A stretch of DNA of 62,986 nucleotides, filler included, from Octopus bimaculoides (GCF_001194135.2; 6 parts of 5 records of this genome joined end to end with filler, not necessarily neighbours in it); one strand, 5' to 3'; positions 11,802 to 25,960 are shown, numbered from the whole stretch's first letter. A program made the numbers and translations. Notes: generated by a model from the sequence alone, not told the origin.

Positions 11802-13006
11802 ACATACATANNNNNNNNNNNNNNNNNNNNNNNNNNNNNNNNNNNNNNNNNNNNNNNNNNNNNNNNNNNNNNNNNNNNNNNNNNNNNNNNNNNNNNNNNN
11901 NNNNNNNNNNNNNNNNNNNNNNNNNNNNNNNNATATATATATATACACACACACATATATTCAGTATATATATACATATATTCACGTATATATATATATG
12001 CTCATACAAATATTTATACATGTGAATTTAATTGCTTATTTGTTGCAATATAGTTTAACACCATCTCTTTAAAACTTCGTTTCGTATAGTTTAAAGGTCA
12101 CCACTCCAGTCACATCGTAGAGAAAAAGGATGTGAGGGGGAAAAAGCGTAACTATACAAAAAAGTAACAAACCATTACTGTTATCTGGATCAAGTTAAAC
12201 GTTTAGTTTTTATGGTTGAAATTGTTTACGAAACAAAATTACTAAGTGATGACAAATCGTCGCTGCTTGCCGACTTATTTTCATTTCATTAGAAAATATA
12301 TTGGTTAGTGTCTTAAAGTAGAAGCATGATTCTGCCTGTAAGTATTTTATTTGTAGGTGGAATCATACACTTTTAATATGGATTTGAACATCGTAACCCC
12401 TTTAAATTTTTTCTTTAAATCTGAATTCTTTAACTTAAGTTGTAATGGAATAGCAGAAACTGCTGAAAGCTTTCTTCATCATTTAGTCAGAACTAGAGCA
12501 GATACCTCTCGAGGAAAAGGTGGCTTACAAATAAATAGTAACAATGGGCCGCAACTGGAGAGATCATTGCATCAGATAACTTCAAACTAGATATTCCACT
12601 AATGACACCATAGTACCAGGTAGTTGTATCTATTGGGCAAGGGTTTAAATCTGCCTTCTCAAATTAGGATTGTTCTGCGTCAGTCATCTGTGCTTTTCCT
12701 CCGTTTGGAATACCAGATATATTCTGAGGTTAATTCAGTTGTTCAATCGACTATATTCCTTCCTTTTAACTGTATAGTTTCGTTGCTAGCAAGTAAGACA
12801 TCAATTTGGGCTGCATTGGTTTAACCCATGGTAGAATTTTGTTAGTGTGTGTCATTGTAGAATGCGGTTCTTGTTTACCATTATGTCATTTCATTCTCCC
12901 TTCAAAGCTTTTCACGTCATTTATGTCACTTATGTTCTTTGAAAAGGTATACATATCGTAATTTCCCATTTTCCAGGATGGTAATTGTGAAAAGAGTGTG
13001 TGTATG

Positions 13007-13040
<34 letters not shown>

Positions 13041-13058
13041 TGTATGTATGTATGTATG

Positions 13059-13101
<43 letters not shown>

Positions 13102-13917
13102 GAATGTATGTATGTATGTATGTATGTATGTATGTATGTATGTATGTATATACGTGTGCACACAAAGATATGTGTGAGAGCGTCTGTACTGTAAAAAGAT
13201 TCCAGCTGATGTTATTCTTGTATACTGAGATTTGTGATAACAATTTACTTTTTTACTGTCTTCGTTTATAAACGTCCCCTTGATAAATGATCTGGAAGCA
13301 TGGAAGCATTTGTAAATGGTTCTCAATATTCTCCTTGTAGATACACTTTACAACAGCATTGTATATATTCAAACATAATAAATACGTACATAGAGCATAC
13401 ATAGATGTATAAAACATACATAAATGCATACAAATAAAATTCGAGGTAAATAATTGAAACCGGATTAAATTATAATAGCTATCATACTTAAACATATTTA
13501 CACTATTAGCAGGTTACATGCTGCAGTTTTCGTCCGAGAATAACGAAATCTCGCCCCAGTTGCCGCTAGCGCATGTGGCTGCAAGTACATCATTGACAAG
13601 ACCCATCAAAGCCGAAATGCATCTGGTGATCACGCTACCCGAAGCTAGGATAATTTATTTTCTCGTCTGGTACATATTGTTTTTAACACAGCCTATCTAT
13701 AAGAGATTTTATCTCGGGTGAAAACTGCAGCATCTTACTGTCAACAGTATATATACATTGAAGTATTATACATAGATGGCTACACATCTGTGTGTGCGCG
13801 CGCGTGAGCGTGTATGTATGTATGTATGTATGTATTTATGTATGTATATATATATATATATATATATAAATTACATATATATATATATGCATATATGCAT
13901 ATATATATATATGTATG

Positions 13918-13966
<49 letters not shown>

Positions 13967-13971
13967 TTGTA

Positions 13972-14029
<58 letters not shown>

Positions 14030-14039
14030 NNNNNNNNNN

Positions 14040-14097
<58 letters not shown>

Positions 14098-14124
14098 TAT
14101 ATTTTTTCCAATAAAACCATAAGA

Positions 14125-15545
14125 GTGGGATACTTAACATCGAAAAAAATGTAGGCAATATCGTTTCCTCTATAAATAATAAGAAATTAAATAATTATTA
14201 ATAATAGTCTCTAAATCTAGACACATAGCATAATAAATAATAGCTCTATCCATAATATAACCGATAGTGATAGATGACTTAATCAACATATAGAAAAATG
14301 TTCATGTCGTGATAAGACTAAATGTAAGCTCTCTAATAATTGTAAAATAGATAATGGAATTTATAAATGTATAGTTAGCTGTAAGAACAATAATAATAAA
14401 ATTATAAATCAGGCTTATATTCGATCTACAGCTAATGAAATGAAAAAAAGAATATCCCAACACTACCAGACCTTTAAAAATCCCAATTTAAGTAAGTCTA
14501 CAGGCTTAAGTAAATATATATGGGAATTAAAATCTAGAAAAAGAGAGTATACCCTTAATTGGAGTATTATAGGTAGAACCCACTCCAATAATATTGGGAA
14601 TAAAATGTGTTTATTATACATAACTAAATTTATAAAACTACTACAGTCTAGAGATAAATTACTAAACACACATGATGAACGAGGAGCGAAATGTATGCAC
14701 CGAAGTAATTTTACATTTAATAAAATGAAGTACTGAACCCCCAACCCCTGAATCAAATAACCACATAATTTTATTTCTAAAGCACTTGAATAAACTATAT
14801 AAATAAATAGAAAATAAAAAAAAATAATGAAATAAATAATAAATAAATAATGCAATAATTTAAATAAAATAAATATATGAATTAAATATTTCTAAAATTA
14901 TATAATAATAAATTAGATATACCTCCCAATATAGGTAAATTTGAAAATAATAAGAGAATAATTTAAAATTAAAACTATGTATAGTGTAATTACCCCCCTT
15001 GGCACTAATCACCTATAAATACCCATAGTTCCCTGCTATCTTCTTCCTTAAGTCACCATTTTAGTACTAGCAAAAACAAAAAGGAAGATATGTATTTGAA
15101 TTTTTCTTGTTATATATCAAATTTAAACACAGACATTTTTATTCTGATGTTTAATCTTATATCTTACATTCTGTATTTGACATATACTTGATTTTACATG
15201 ATTATAATATATATACTAATTCATATTTATAATGTATAATTTATAAATTTTAATTCTTTATATTACAAAGTATAATCTTTATTCTTAATTTTTATTCTTA
15301 ATTTTTTATTCTTAATTTCTAATTCGTAATTTGTAATCTTTAATGCTTAATTGTATTGCTTATTTTAAAGGGATGTAAAATTAGATATATAATATTTTAA
15401 AATAGAACCTAAAGAGATGCTGGAATAATTGTAAATCTGATGATTGCATATATGTATTTATATATGTATATATATATATAGGTATACAGTTATGTATATG
15501 TATATATATTGCAATCTTTCAATACTGAAACACGTGTAGTTCCTT
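14125..15545 (+). mobile_element. Penelope-like element 3' part: Cys-rich linker plus GIY-YIG endonuclease, AT-rich 3' region and a decayed hammerhead
   Basis: From ~14300 reads CSCRDKTKCKLSNNCKIDNGIYKCIV...KKRISQHYQTFKNPNLSKSTGLSKYIWELKS...WSII...KLLNTHDERGAKCMHRSNF (ends 14736), typical of the PLE endonuclease. Hammerhead remnant at 15404-15542. Confidence 0.8.
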
Positions 15546-16395
15546 CATATTTTATTTAATAAATATAAGTATTAACTAAAGCATGATATAATTAACGAAG
15601 TACATTATATACCCAGCTGGTAATTTTAGTTATATCCTTTAAGTGTTATTTCATGATGTGCAATCTGATACCATGAGTCTACTGTCAGATATACTCATTA
15701 GGTTATTTTTGTATTATCTGAAATAGAATACCCGCATATCGATTAATTCCAAAAAACTGGATATATGTGTATATATATATATATNNNNNNNNNNNNNNNN
15801 NNNNNNNNNNNNNNNNNNNNNNNNNNNNNNNNNNNNNNNNNNNNNNNNNNNNNNNNNNNNNNNNNNNNNNNNNNNNNNNNTATGTGAACAACTGTCTTTG
15901 AAGACTCATATTGTCGTTCAATGCTCGAAATAAGGAGTAGATAGACAGCCGACAACTGATGAAGGGTTGTTCTTTATGTTACTTGTCCTGTTTTCCATTT
16001 GTTTCTCTCATTGTTTGCGTATTGTACTCTTTTGTTTTCGTATTTCATGTTGTTTACTGTTTGTGACGTCCTGTACCCATATATGCATATATATATTATT
16101 TATATTATTATTTGATTGAACGCCAAGCTTCCATTCCCAAGTAAGTTTATTGAATTTTCAGCCATATATATTTAATAATTTATTTTCTTAAATCTTGAAA
16201 TCTGTTATCGTTTATGTGTTCCAGTCAATGGATTGCGTCCATACTAGAGCAATGCTTTGAAGTATTTTAGACGAACAAATTGACCCCAGTAATTTTTTAA
16301 AATTTAGTACTCATTTAGTACTTATTCTACCGGTTTCTTTTGCCAAACTGCTAAGTTACGTGAATGCAAAGCACATATGAAAGCTTTGATCGGCT

Positions 16396-16560
16396 GTGTG
16401 GTAAGTAGCTTGCTTACCAACCACATGGTTCGGGGTTCAGTCCCACTGCGTGGCACCTTGGGTAAGTGTCTTCTACTATAGCCTCGGGCCGACCAAAGCC
16501 TTGTGAGTGGATTTGGTAGACGGAAACTGAAAGAAGTCTGTCGTATATATGTATATATAT
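16396..16560 (+). mobile_element. SINE family A, 5' half
   Basis: gtgtggtaagtagcttgc...gaaagaagtctgtcg, running into (TA)n and a gap. Confidence 0.85.
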
Positions 16561-16877
16561 ATGTATGTATATGTGTATATATGTTTGNNNNNNNNNNNNN
16601 NNNNNNNNNNNNNNNNNNNNNNNNNNNNNNNNNNNNNNNNNNNNNNNNNNNNNNNNNNNNNNNNNNNNNNNNNNNNNNNNNNNNNNNNNNNNNNNNNNNN
16701 NNNNNNNNNNNNNNNNNNNNNNNNNNNNNNNNNNNNNNNNNNNNNNNNNNNNNNNNNNNNNNNNNNNNNNNNNNNNNNNNNNNNNNNNNNNNNNNNNNNN
16801 NNNNNNNNNNNNNNNNNNNNNNNNNNNNNNNNNNNNNNNNNNNNNNNNNNNNNNNNNNNNNNNNNNNNNNNNNNNNN

Positions 16878-16908
<31 letters not shown>

Positions 16909-17400
16909 GAGAGAGGAGGGAAGAGGGAGAGAGAGAGCATACATAGTTATATATAAACTTACATAAATGCAAACTTTATTACAAACATACACACACAAAA
17001 CATAATCAGCAGCTGCTCTAAAATGTTATGAAGCTATTACGTATGAGGCATGCTGTTCTTGGTAAAACAATACACAAGACAAACCGTTGGAACCCCTGCC
17101 TTGGGATAAACATCAGGAATATTATCAACATTGAGTACATTCACACATTGGAACAGAAGTAATCTTAGTGGAACATTCCAATGAAAATCTCCGCCAAATG
17201 CGAACACCACATGCGCAACAAAAGAAAACAGAAATACTGTAGAGGCCTGTTACTCAGTAGGTGTGAAGATTTCATTGAAAACCTGCGAGAAAGAGAACAG
17301 TTTCACAATCTACAAATTCCTTTGGAAGACTATAAATTGCCATTTGTTCCTGCAATCGTTGGCTCACGTAAATATCTTACCGAATGCGTAGAAAATTTGT

Positions 17401-17489
17401 GATTCTTGTCCAGTCACCGAAGTTAAGCAACGTCTAGCCTAGTTAGTACTTAGATGGGTTACCGTTTGGGAAACCTAGATGCTATAAAC
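17401..17489 (+). pseudogene. 5S rRNA pseudogene (3' ~90 nt) followed by a T-tract
   Basis: gattcttgtccagtcaccgaagttaagcaacgtctagcctagttagtacttagatgggttaccgtttgggaaacctagatgctataaac matches invertebrate 5S from box A (AGTTAAGCAACG) through box C; tcttttcttttt follows; 5' end not clearly recognisable. Confidence 0.8.
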
Positions 17490-17504
17490 ATCTTTTCTTT
17501 TTAA

Positions 17505-17735
17505 GGGTGTAGGCATACTGTATGTTTAAGAAGCTTGATTTACAACCAGGTGATTTCGGGTTCAGTCCCACTGCTCGGCACCTTTGGCTAATGTTTTCTA
17601 CTATAGCCAGAGCCGATCAAAGCTTTCATATGTGCTTTGCATTCAGGTAACTTAGCAGTTTGGCAAAAGAAACCGGTAGAATAAGTACTAAATTTTTAAA
17701 AATTACTGGGGTCAATTTGTTCGTCGAAAATACTA
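17505..17735 (+). mobile_element. SINE family A, diverged, internally deleted
   Basis: Head and 3' body recognisable; middle replaced by gctttcatatgtgctttgcattc. Confidence 0.7.
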
Positions 17736-17981
17736 AACAATTTTTTTTTATTCTTTTAATGGTTTCAGTCGTAAGACTACAGCTGTACTGGAGCACGACC
17801 TTAATTTATTTCCTTTTACCTTTGTTGTCGCTTCATAACTGGAAGTTGGTCTATGATTGAGTTTGCAGCGACTGATCTTCTCTGAATGAATCTTTGAATG
17901 GTTGGCTGGTCTGATATTGTCATTAAGAGTTTATCTTATGCTGGTTTTTTGTTTCACACCAGCCAAGCATTAGAAACAATT

Positions 17982-18094
<113 letters not shown>

Positions 18095-19004
18095 CTATCC
18101 TTCTCTCTCTCTTTCTTTCTCTCTCTCCTTCTCTCTCTCTCACTCTCTTTCGTTAGATCATTGGATACTGTTTCACTCATTAGACTGCGGCCATACTGAA
18201 GCACCGCTTGTAGGAATTATTCTTTGTAAGCCTAGTACTTATTGTATCGGTCTCTTTTGCCGAACCGCTAAGGTACTAGAGTGTAAACACACCAATATCG
18301 ATTGTGATGGTGGGGAGGCAAACACAGACACACAAATACATACTCACACACACACACACATTCACACACAAACACACACATACACACACACAGATATATA
18401 TGTACATAATTAGTCACAATGAGGATATTCAAACCTCTTATGGGGATATTTATCCAAAATAAAGTGGTTTAATATATTAAATTCTGGATATATTATAGAG
18501 AATATTGTAAGATATCAGACATTTTTATTGAGTTAGAAAACAGAGAGATTTAATGGTTATAAATTAATTTATTAATTAATCAACATATTACCCAACAATT
18601 GTTTCCTTTCTCAAATGAGATTAAAATTACAAATCATATATAAATATCTACTTTCGCATTTTAATTATTTTGTAAAGAAAATCGTCACGGTCTTCAGAGG
18701 ACAATAAGGATTACATTAGGATACTTTCGGAATATACAGAATATATAAACATGTTTACTATGCGCGTATGTATGTGTGTGTACGCATGCGTAAAATAATT
18801 CCTTTTATTTCAATTTAATAATTGTAATATTAACATGAAATATGGGTTCAATAATATATGGGTAAATTAATATAATGAATAACAAGAAGTAGGAGTAAAG
18901 GAAAATAAAAATAAAATTTCTGTTCATGGAATAAAATAAGGTAAAAGTGTAGAAAATAAAGCAGAAATAAAATAAAGTAGAATATACGAAAGTGAAATAA
19001 ACTC

Positions 19005-21800
19005 TTTACTTTATTCACCATACAGGTTATAAATGGAAAGAGGACGAAACAAGGACAGACAGACAGACAAGGGGTCGGGGATCGAATGAGAATAACAGTG
19101 TGAGGATAAACGTTAAAAATTCCAAAATTAAATACCGATGAAGTAAAAGAATCGAATGCTTAACAAAGATGAAGTGTAGGACGTGGTTGACCCCCACAAA
19201 CCACATTCTCACACTGAAGACTTTATTTTTCCTTTTATGTTCCCGCTCAAACAGATTCATTTACTCTCAACACACTTGCCACAGGCTTCCGTCTTTTTCG
19301 AAACACTCCGTGCGACAGACATTTCTTCTCCAGCCTTATTTTTCTTTTCATGTGGAAAAGAAAAATGTTAACTAACCCAAGGCTGGAGATAAAAATGGCT
19401 ATTACTATTCCTTTCACTCTCGTCTTCCATACTATCTCTTTCGCGATAGCTACTACCGAGAGAAAACAAGGTTGCTCTTCCCTATTCAGAGAGGGCGACG
19501 GAACAATCTTAATTATAGATTCGGTTGACAGTTCTATTCTTCCCAGATGTGACAGCAGGTGTTCGACATAAGCCCAGAGTTCCAAAGTCTTCAGACATTG
19601 TACACTTGCGTGTAGAACAGTTTCACTGTCCTGCCCACATCTTGGACAAGTCGGCGAGGACGAAGAACCATGCCTAAACAGTTTATCTCGAACAGGTAAA
19701 GCACCTCTGTAACACTGCCATGCCAGGGACTTCTGGTAATTGTCCATAGGCCCTGGCCCGAATGTTCTTCGGTACAGGCTGGCGAGTTGACCATCATCGA
19801 AACCCAGGGTTTTTCCCAGGACGTCGTCAAACTTGAACTCAACCAACCCTCTATAGAAGGACGAGGTGGAACCCCCGCCACCAGCGATGCCCGACTGGAA
19901 GAGAAGCACGAGTGCCTGACGACACTCTGCTTGCCAAGGCCCCAACTTCGTTCTACGCTTAATCCATGGGTCCAGTTCAGTAAAAGATGTGAACCGTGAA
20001 AATAAGAGTCTGACGAACGGAGACCACACCTGTTCACCGTCCAGATAAAGCCAGAGGTGCCTAAACCTCAGCGCATGTCTGCGCAGTTTTAGCCACGGCA
20101 TCTCTAGCCCAGTCTTCAGTGGTTTTTGGCAGCAGATAGAACACCTTACAAGAGGTCCCCTGTCCTACCACAAAGAGCGGAAGAGCATGCGTTCCAGCTT
20201 GTTCAGCCACGAATCGGGGCAAGGGACGACGCTCAGGCGGTAGGTGATTACAGATGCGATAAACACATCTGCAACCTCCGACCTCCCTTTCAGGGATAGC
20301 TTCCGCTCAGACCAGGTCTGAGTCAGGAGAGCAACCCTACTCGCCACTTCGCTCCAGTTCTTCTCTATCTGGAGATCCGGACCGTCCGTCCAACGTCCAA
20401 CGATGCTGTCGGACTGCATCGACTTGCCCCTCCAGGTGCCGAGTTGCAAGCCGACTGATTTATCCCGGTTAACTTTTGCTCCTGCCACCGATCCGTAATC
20501 CCTTATGGCCTCACCTACCCACTGTAGGTGTTCGACCCGGGTTACAATGACGGTGATGTCATCTACATCAGCCGAACCTGACTTTCTGCATCCTAGATCT
20601 CGCGGAGTGCCCCTCATAGCCTTCATCTTCCTCAGAAGCGGAGAGAGAGGATACCCTTGACGCACCGATCGCTCAATCCAGAATGGTTCCGAAAAGAAAC
20701 CTTTCACCCGAACTATCGATTCCATGTCGCTATATAATGTGATGATTCACCCATGCAAGGTCGGTCTGAAACCAGCCGCCGCAAGGGCTGCCGCCAGATA
20801 CTGATGGACAACCCTATCGAACGGTTTTGATTGGTCTAAATGGATCATAGCCCCATCCTTGCCTGGAATTCTATTTACCCTCTCTAAAGCATAGCGGAGA
20901 AAGTGGGGATTGTCGCAAATCGTCCTGCCAAGGATGGCACATGTTTGTGCCTCCCCGACAAGTCCACTCACGACCTGCGCCAACCTTTTTGCTAAAACCT
21001 TGGCCAAAATCTTCAACTCTACGTTAAGCAGAGTTATGGGCCTAAAATTATCAATTACGTCTCCCTTGTTTGGGTCCTTTCTTAGCAGTGTCACAACCCC
21101 CCGGCTCACAGACTTGAGAATCTTCCCATTCTGCTGCCAGTTGGTAAAGACGCATGCAAGTAGGTGGCCAAATAAGTCTGGCGTACTACAATACAGTTCA
21201 TAGGGTAGACCATCTAGTCCCGGTGACTTGTCCCCGCCGCAGTGAGATAACGCTTCTTCCACCTCCGTAGCTGTGATCGGTCCTTCACAACATTGCACGT
21301 CCTGCCTTGAGAGACGCGGCGAACTGGTGAGGAAGTCTGCGAGGTGCTCCCCACGTTCCGGTCCGTCGCTCCTTCCGTAAAGCTGGGCGAAATGCTCGTG
21401 AAACACCTTGCACATCTCCTCGGGTTCGTTTGCTGAACGACCACGTAGGTCAGTCAAACGCCGTATGGTTGAGTTATTACCACGTTGGCTCTTTACCACT
21501 CGAGCCCATCCGGCTACGTTGATTCCTTGTTGTCCCATTGCACGTATCTTAGCTCTGACAATGCACCCTTCGTGTTTAGCTTTGAGATGTTGGTCGAGCG
21601 CCAACCTCGCCGCTAAAACTTTGGATGCAAAGCCTGACCTCATTACCTCTTCTAATGCCTTAACTAGAGCCCTTTCTAGTCTATTTCTAGCACTAGCTAA
21701 TTCCTTACTGAACCTAACTGACTCACATTTTATAGCTCTCTTGAGGGCATAGCACCATTCATTATTTATAATGGAGCCGGTTAATGCCCTCATAACTAGC
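19005..21800 (-). mobile_element. Tx1/L1-clade LINE, 5'-truncated, with long residual ORF2 frames
   Basis: ORFs 20747-21895, 20165-20725, 19247-20101: KSPGLDGLPYELY, NFRPITLLNVELKILAKVLAKRL, LDQSKPFDRV, VRQGYPLSPLL, DVDD in place of YADD, C-terminal LPVRDKL...CPRCGQDSETVLHA (zf-RVT-like); AATAAA near 19010. Confidence 0.9.
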
Positions 21801-22281
21801 TGAAAAGTGAGATAAACTGAAATAAATCTATGTATATGTGTGTATACGTGTGTGCTTATATATATATATATATAATCATAAATAACAAATACCATGTTAT
21901 GTTATATTATATAATACTTAAAAATCAGTTTAATAGTAATAGTAGAACTAATATTGAGTATTGATCTCTATTAATTAATCGTATAACATTATACATTTTA
22001 ATTTAGATACAAATACTATAAATCTATCAATGAAATCAATTTTGATGACGTACTACACCGAATAAATCTACGTAATAATCATAAATATATAGAGTAGGCC
22101 CAAATATGAGTATTAAGTGCCCCACCCTAACATATATCTAAATGTATAAATATATAATTCTATAATATAATGACTAATAATAAATATAATCATTATTATA
22201 ATTACTTTAATAAACTTTCAATAATATACATACACACTTAAGAACTAATGAAATAACTGGAACGAAATATCTATATATGCA

Positions 22282-22319
<38 letters not shown>

Positions 22320-22947
22320 TATATTATATATACACACACACACANNNNNNNNNNNNNNNNNNNNNNNNNNNNNNNNNNNNNNNNNNNNNNNNNNNNNNNN
22401 NNNNNNNNNNNNNNNNNNNNNNNNNNNNNNNNNNNNNNNNNNNNNNNNNNNNNNNNNNNNNNNNNNNNNNNNNNNNNNNNNNNNNNNNNNNNNNNNNNNN
22501 NNNNNNNNNNNNNNNNNNNNNNNNNNNNNNNNNNNNNNNNNNNNNNNNNNNNNNNNNNNNNNNNNNNNNNNNNNNNNNNNNNNNNNNNNNNNNNNNNNNN
22601 NNNNNNNNNNNNNNNNNNNNNNNNNNNNNNNNNNNNNNNNNNNNNNNNNNNNNNNNNNNNNNNNNNNNNNNNNNNNNNNNNNNNNNNNNNNNNNNNNNNN
22701 NNNNNNNNNNNNATATATATATATATAGGTCTGGACATTTTGCTGGAAATATAGCGATAGGAACCAATGCACCAGTCCTCCTTTCCAAATGCAACTAATG
22801 CTTATGTACCAGGGAACATGTCTGTACGAGAATGTTTATGTATACATATGTGTATGTATGTATGTATGTATGTATGTATGTATGTATGTGTATGTGGGGG
22901 TATATATATATGTGTGTGNNNNNNNNNNATGTATGTGTATGTGGGGG

Positions 22948-23012
<65 letters not shown>

Positions 23013-23521
23013 TCATGTATAATAACAATTGATGTGCATGCATAGACATTTATGTATGTATATTTAAATGTACATGTATATGTATCTATGTATTTATGTT
23101 TATCTATGTATATCTATATATGTTAAAGTATGCATATATATGTGAGTTTTTACGATTTTTTATATGTTTATATTTGGATATTTTAAATTAACTTCATGAA
23201 CTTTATAAAAGATCTCTGAAGAGGCATAGAGAATCATCCATGTACCTCTATTTCATCCATTTCATCTATCAATTACTTCAGCCTACTGGAGTTATTTAGA
23301 TAGAATGAGGCATGTCACCCTAGACTGAAACAGCTGTAAGTCATTGTCCCATTTTCGGTCACTAGATGTCCTTTTTTAATTACTAATATGACATAATATG
23401 TCGCATGTGTTTGTATATTGTTATTATTGTTCTCTTAGTTAACAAATAAACAGGTAAATTGACACAATACAACTTATTCCCCTCTATTTTTTATTGCTAT
23501 ATATATTTGTGTGGGGGGGTG

Positions 23522-23566
<45 letters not shown>

Positions 23567-24399
23567 ACACAATAATACATAAACAAAGACATCTATACTT
23601 GTTTAATATGCATATGTGCATTTAAACATACATATATATATAAGCACACACGTATACACACATGAACATGGTTTTATTTCAATTTATTTCACTTTCGTAC
23701 ATTCTATTTTATTTTATTTTTACTTTATCTTATTACTGGCAGTAATATCCGTCGTTAATCAGGTAATTACTTTTACTCTTTCTCGGGAGCCACAGTCAGT
23801 GTTATTAATATATGTAGATTTACTACTCCTGTATGTGTGTATTTGATAAGAAAAAAACATGTAATAATTGAAGTAGAAAAAAGATCAATTTCATACACGA
23901 ACTTCTGTTTGTTTATTATATGAAAATAAGTTAATTCTATGTGTTATTTTATATATCAATACAGTAATGGCAATTACATAATACACAACGCTGCACCATT
24001 AACTATCCAGAATTAACTATCTGTTTCAATGAAATTGAGCAAATTTTTTTTAAATTGACAGAATTTTATGTGTATTAACAAAACAAATACATTTATAAAT
24101 CTTATGTCAAACTTGTATTACAGTCTGTCATAGCGGCCATGATGAAATACCACAAGGTATAGAAAATACGTATTCGCCTTTATATATTTAATCCTTTATA
24201 TTGAACACTCAATATTTCATATATTCAATAAGACATATTCCATATATTCAATAAGACATTCAATACTTCATTTCATTGTACCATCCATTTTTATATTATA
24301 TATTATATATTCCATATTCTATATCCCACAATAATATATTCCTCTATATACGATCATACAAAACCCTTTTTTGTATTTATTTTTACTCANNNNNNNNNN

Positions 24400-24485
<86 letters not shown>

Positions 24486-24884
24486 AAACTAAACAAAAGT
24501 AGATAAAAGATGTATATATTTGTCTGTTATGTCTGTCTATATCACGATGTTGATAATATAGTTGCCGCAGTATTTATTTTCATTTCAGATACAACGAAGA
24601 TAGGGTGAAACATCTATGATTTAAAGAACAGTTTCACTGTAATGTATTCTATTATCTTTCTTTCATTTGAATCATAATATAACATGTTGATATGATTACC
24701 CCATGGAACAAGTTGCAAGTACTGTGCGTGTCAATACTGTCATTCCGTTTCGAATGTCGGTTGAGTTTTTTTTTTACTTAGGAAGCTTATCTTTTTGTGG
24801 GCGGAATTAGTTTACCTTTTTGTAGAATTTTCTGCTTTCCTTTCTCAATATTAAGAAATGTATCTGAATGTTCCTAGAAATTCC

Positions 24885-25715
24885 TTGTCTCACACCCCGG
24901 GTAACAGTCTCAGCAGGCCAGCTAAACAATGTGAGGGCGTGGTGTGAATACGACACCACCGGGTGAAGGACCGCCTTGTTGCGGTTCACCGATCAAGGCG
25001 GAGGAGTTGCATGTAATACTTAAGGGCCACGTGTTCTTAACCGGGGTGAGCCTCCTAGTTATAGAAAGTCGGCCGTGATCAAGCCCGGAGAGGGATGGGC
25101 TCCGTTGGGCTGTATTGCCCTAGCTACACTACATGATAACAATCAGAGTTGAACCTATACTGGATCAGCCCTCACCCGGGTCTCTAAGAGCTGCGCCTTC
25201 AGTTGCGCACCAGGATGGAAGTATCAAGTATGCGGCTGGTGTACAAAACAAGATCCGAAATGAAAAATTACATAATGAATAATTACAGCTGGAACAGTCT
25301 TGGACTGTATGAGATGAAATTGAAGAACAGTGGGGAAACCAATACAGACGAGGGCCACGCGTTATTCGTTTAGGGACAGAGAAGATACTCATGAGGAGGA
25401 AGTAGGTTTCCTAATTAATAAAGACTGTGTCCAGCAGACACATCAATATTCGCCTAATGGCGAGTCCCTTCAATATAACTATTGTGCAAGTGTATGCCCG
25501 AACATCAGACAACAGGGATAAGGACATTGACAAATTTTAAGACCAGCTTCAAGAAATCGTTGATAAAACAGCCAAGAAAGACAATCGTACAAAGCGATTG
25601 GAACAAAGTAAGGGTAGATGTGTGTGCAAACTAGAAGGGTACATGTAGCCGCTTTTCTAACAAAGAGACAAAAGAGAGACGATTGAGATTACTTGAATTC
25701 ACCATATTACATTAT
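24885..25715 (+). mobile_element. RTE-clade LINE 5' part (structured 5' UTR plus APE endonuclease remnant)
   Basis: HEEEVGFLINK..., IRLMASPFNITIVQVYARTSD..., QLQEIVDK, DWN, RLRLLEF in shifting frames; hairpin-rich leader at 24889-25001. Confidence 0.7.
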
Positions 25716-25724
25716 GACTAAATA

Positions 25725-25960
25725 AAAGGATGGCGCGCAGGCCAGTGACTAAGGTGTTGCACTCACAATCTTGTAATCGTGATTTCTATTTCCGGACTGG
25801 GCGATGTGTAGTGTTCTTCAGCAAAACATTTCATTTCACGTTGCTCTAGTCCACTCAGCTGTAAATGAGTAATCCCGAAACAGGTAACGTTGTGATCTCG
25901 GTCAATTACACGCTATAGAAACGGAGTAACTGGCCTATGAGTCTTAGGACTCGAGATGCT
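25725..25960 (+). mobile_element. tRNA-derived SINE family C
   Basis: tRNA-like head plus gcaaaacatttcatttcacgttgctc core; related copies at ~5640-5840(+) and 38392-38596(-). Confidence 0.6.

Noticed and set aside
12357-12590. AG-preceded 77-codon ORF VESYTFNMDLN... as a possible exon
   Set aside because: No recognisable domain and no partner exons; length is within chance range.
15895-16000. CTGATGAAGGG at ~15958 and ttgaaga...cgaaat nearby as hammerheads
   Set aside because: No matching helix II plus GAAA and NUH arrangement could be built.
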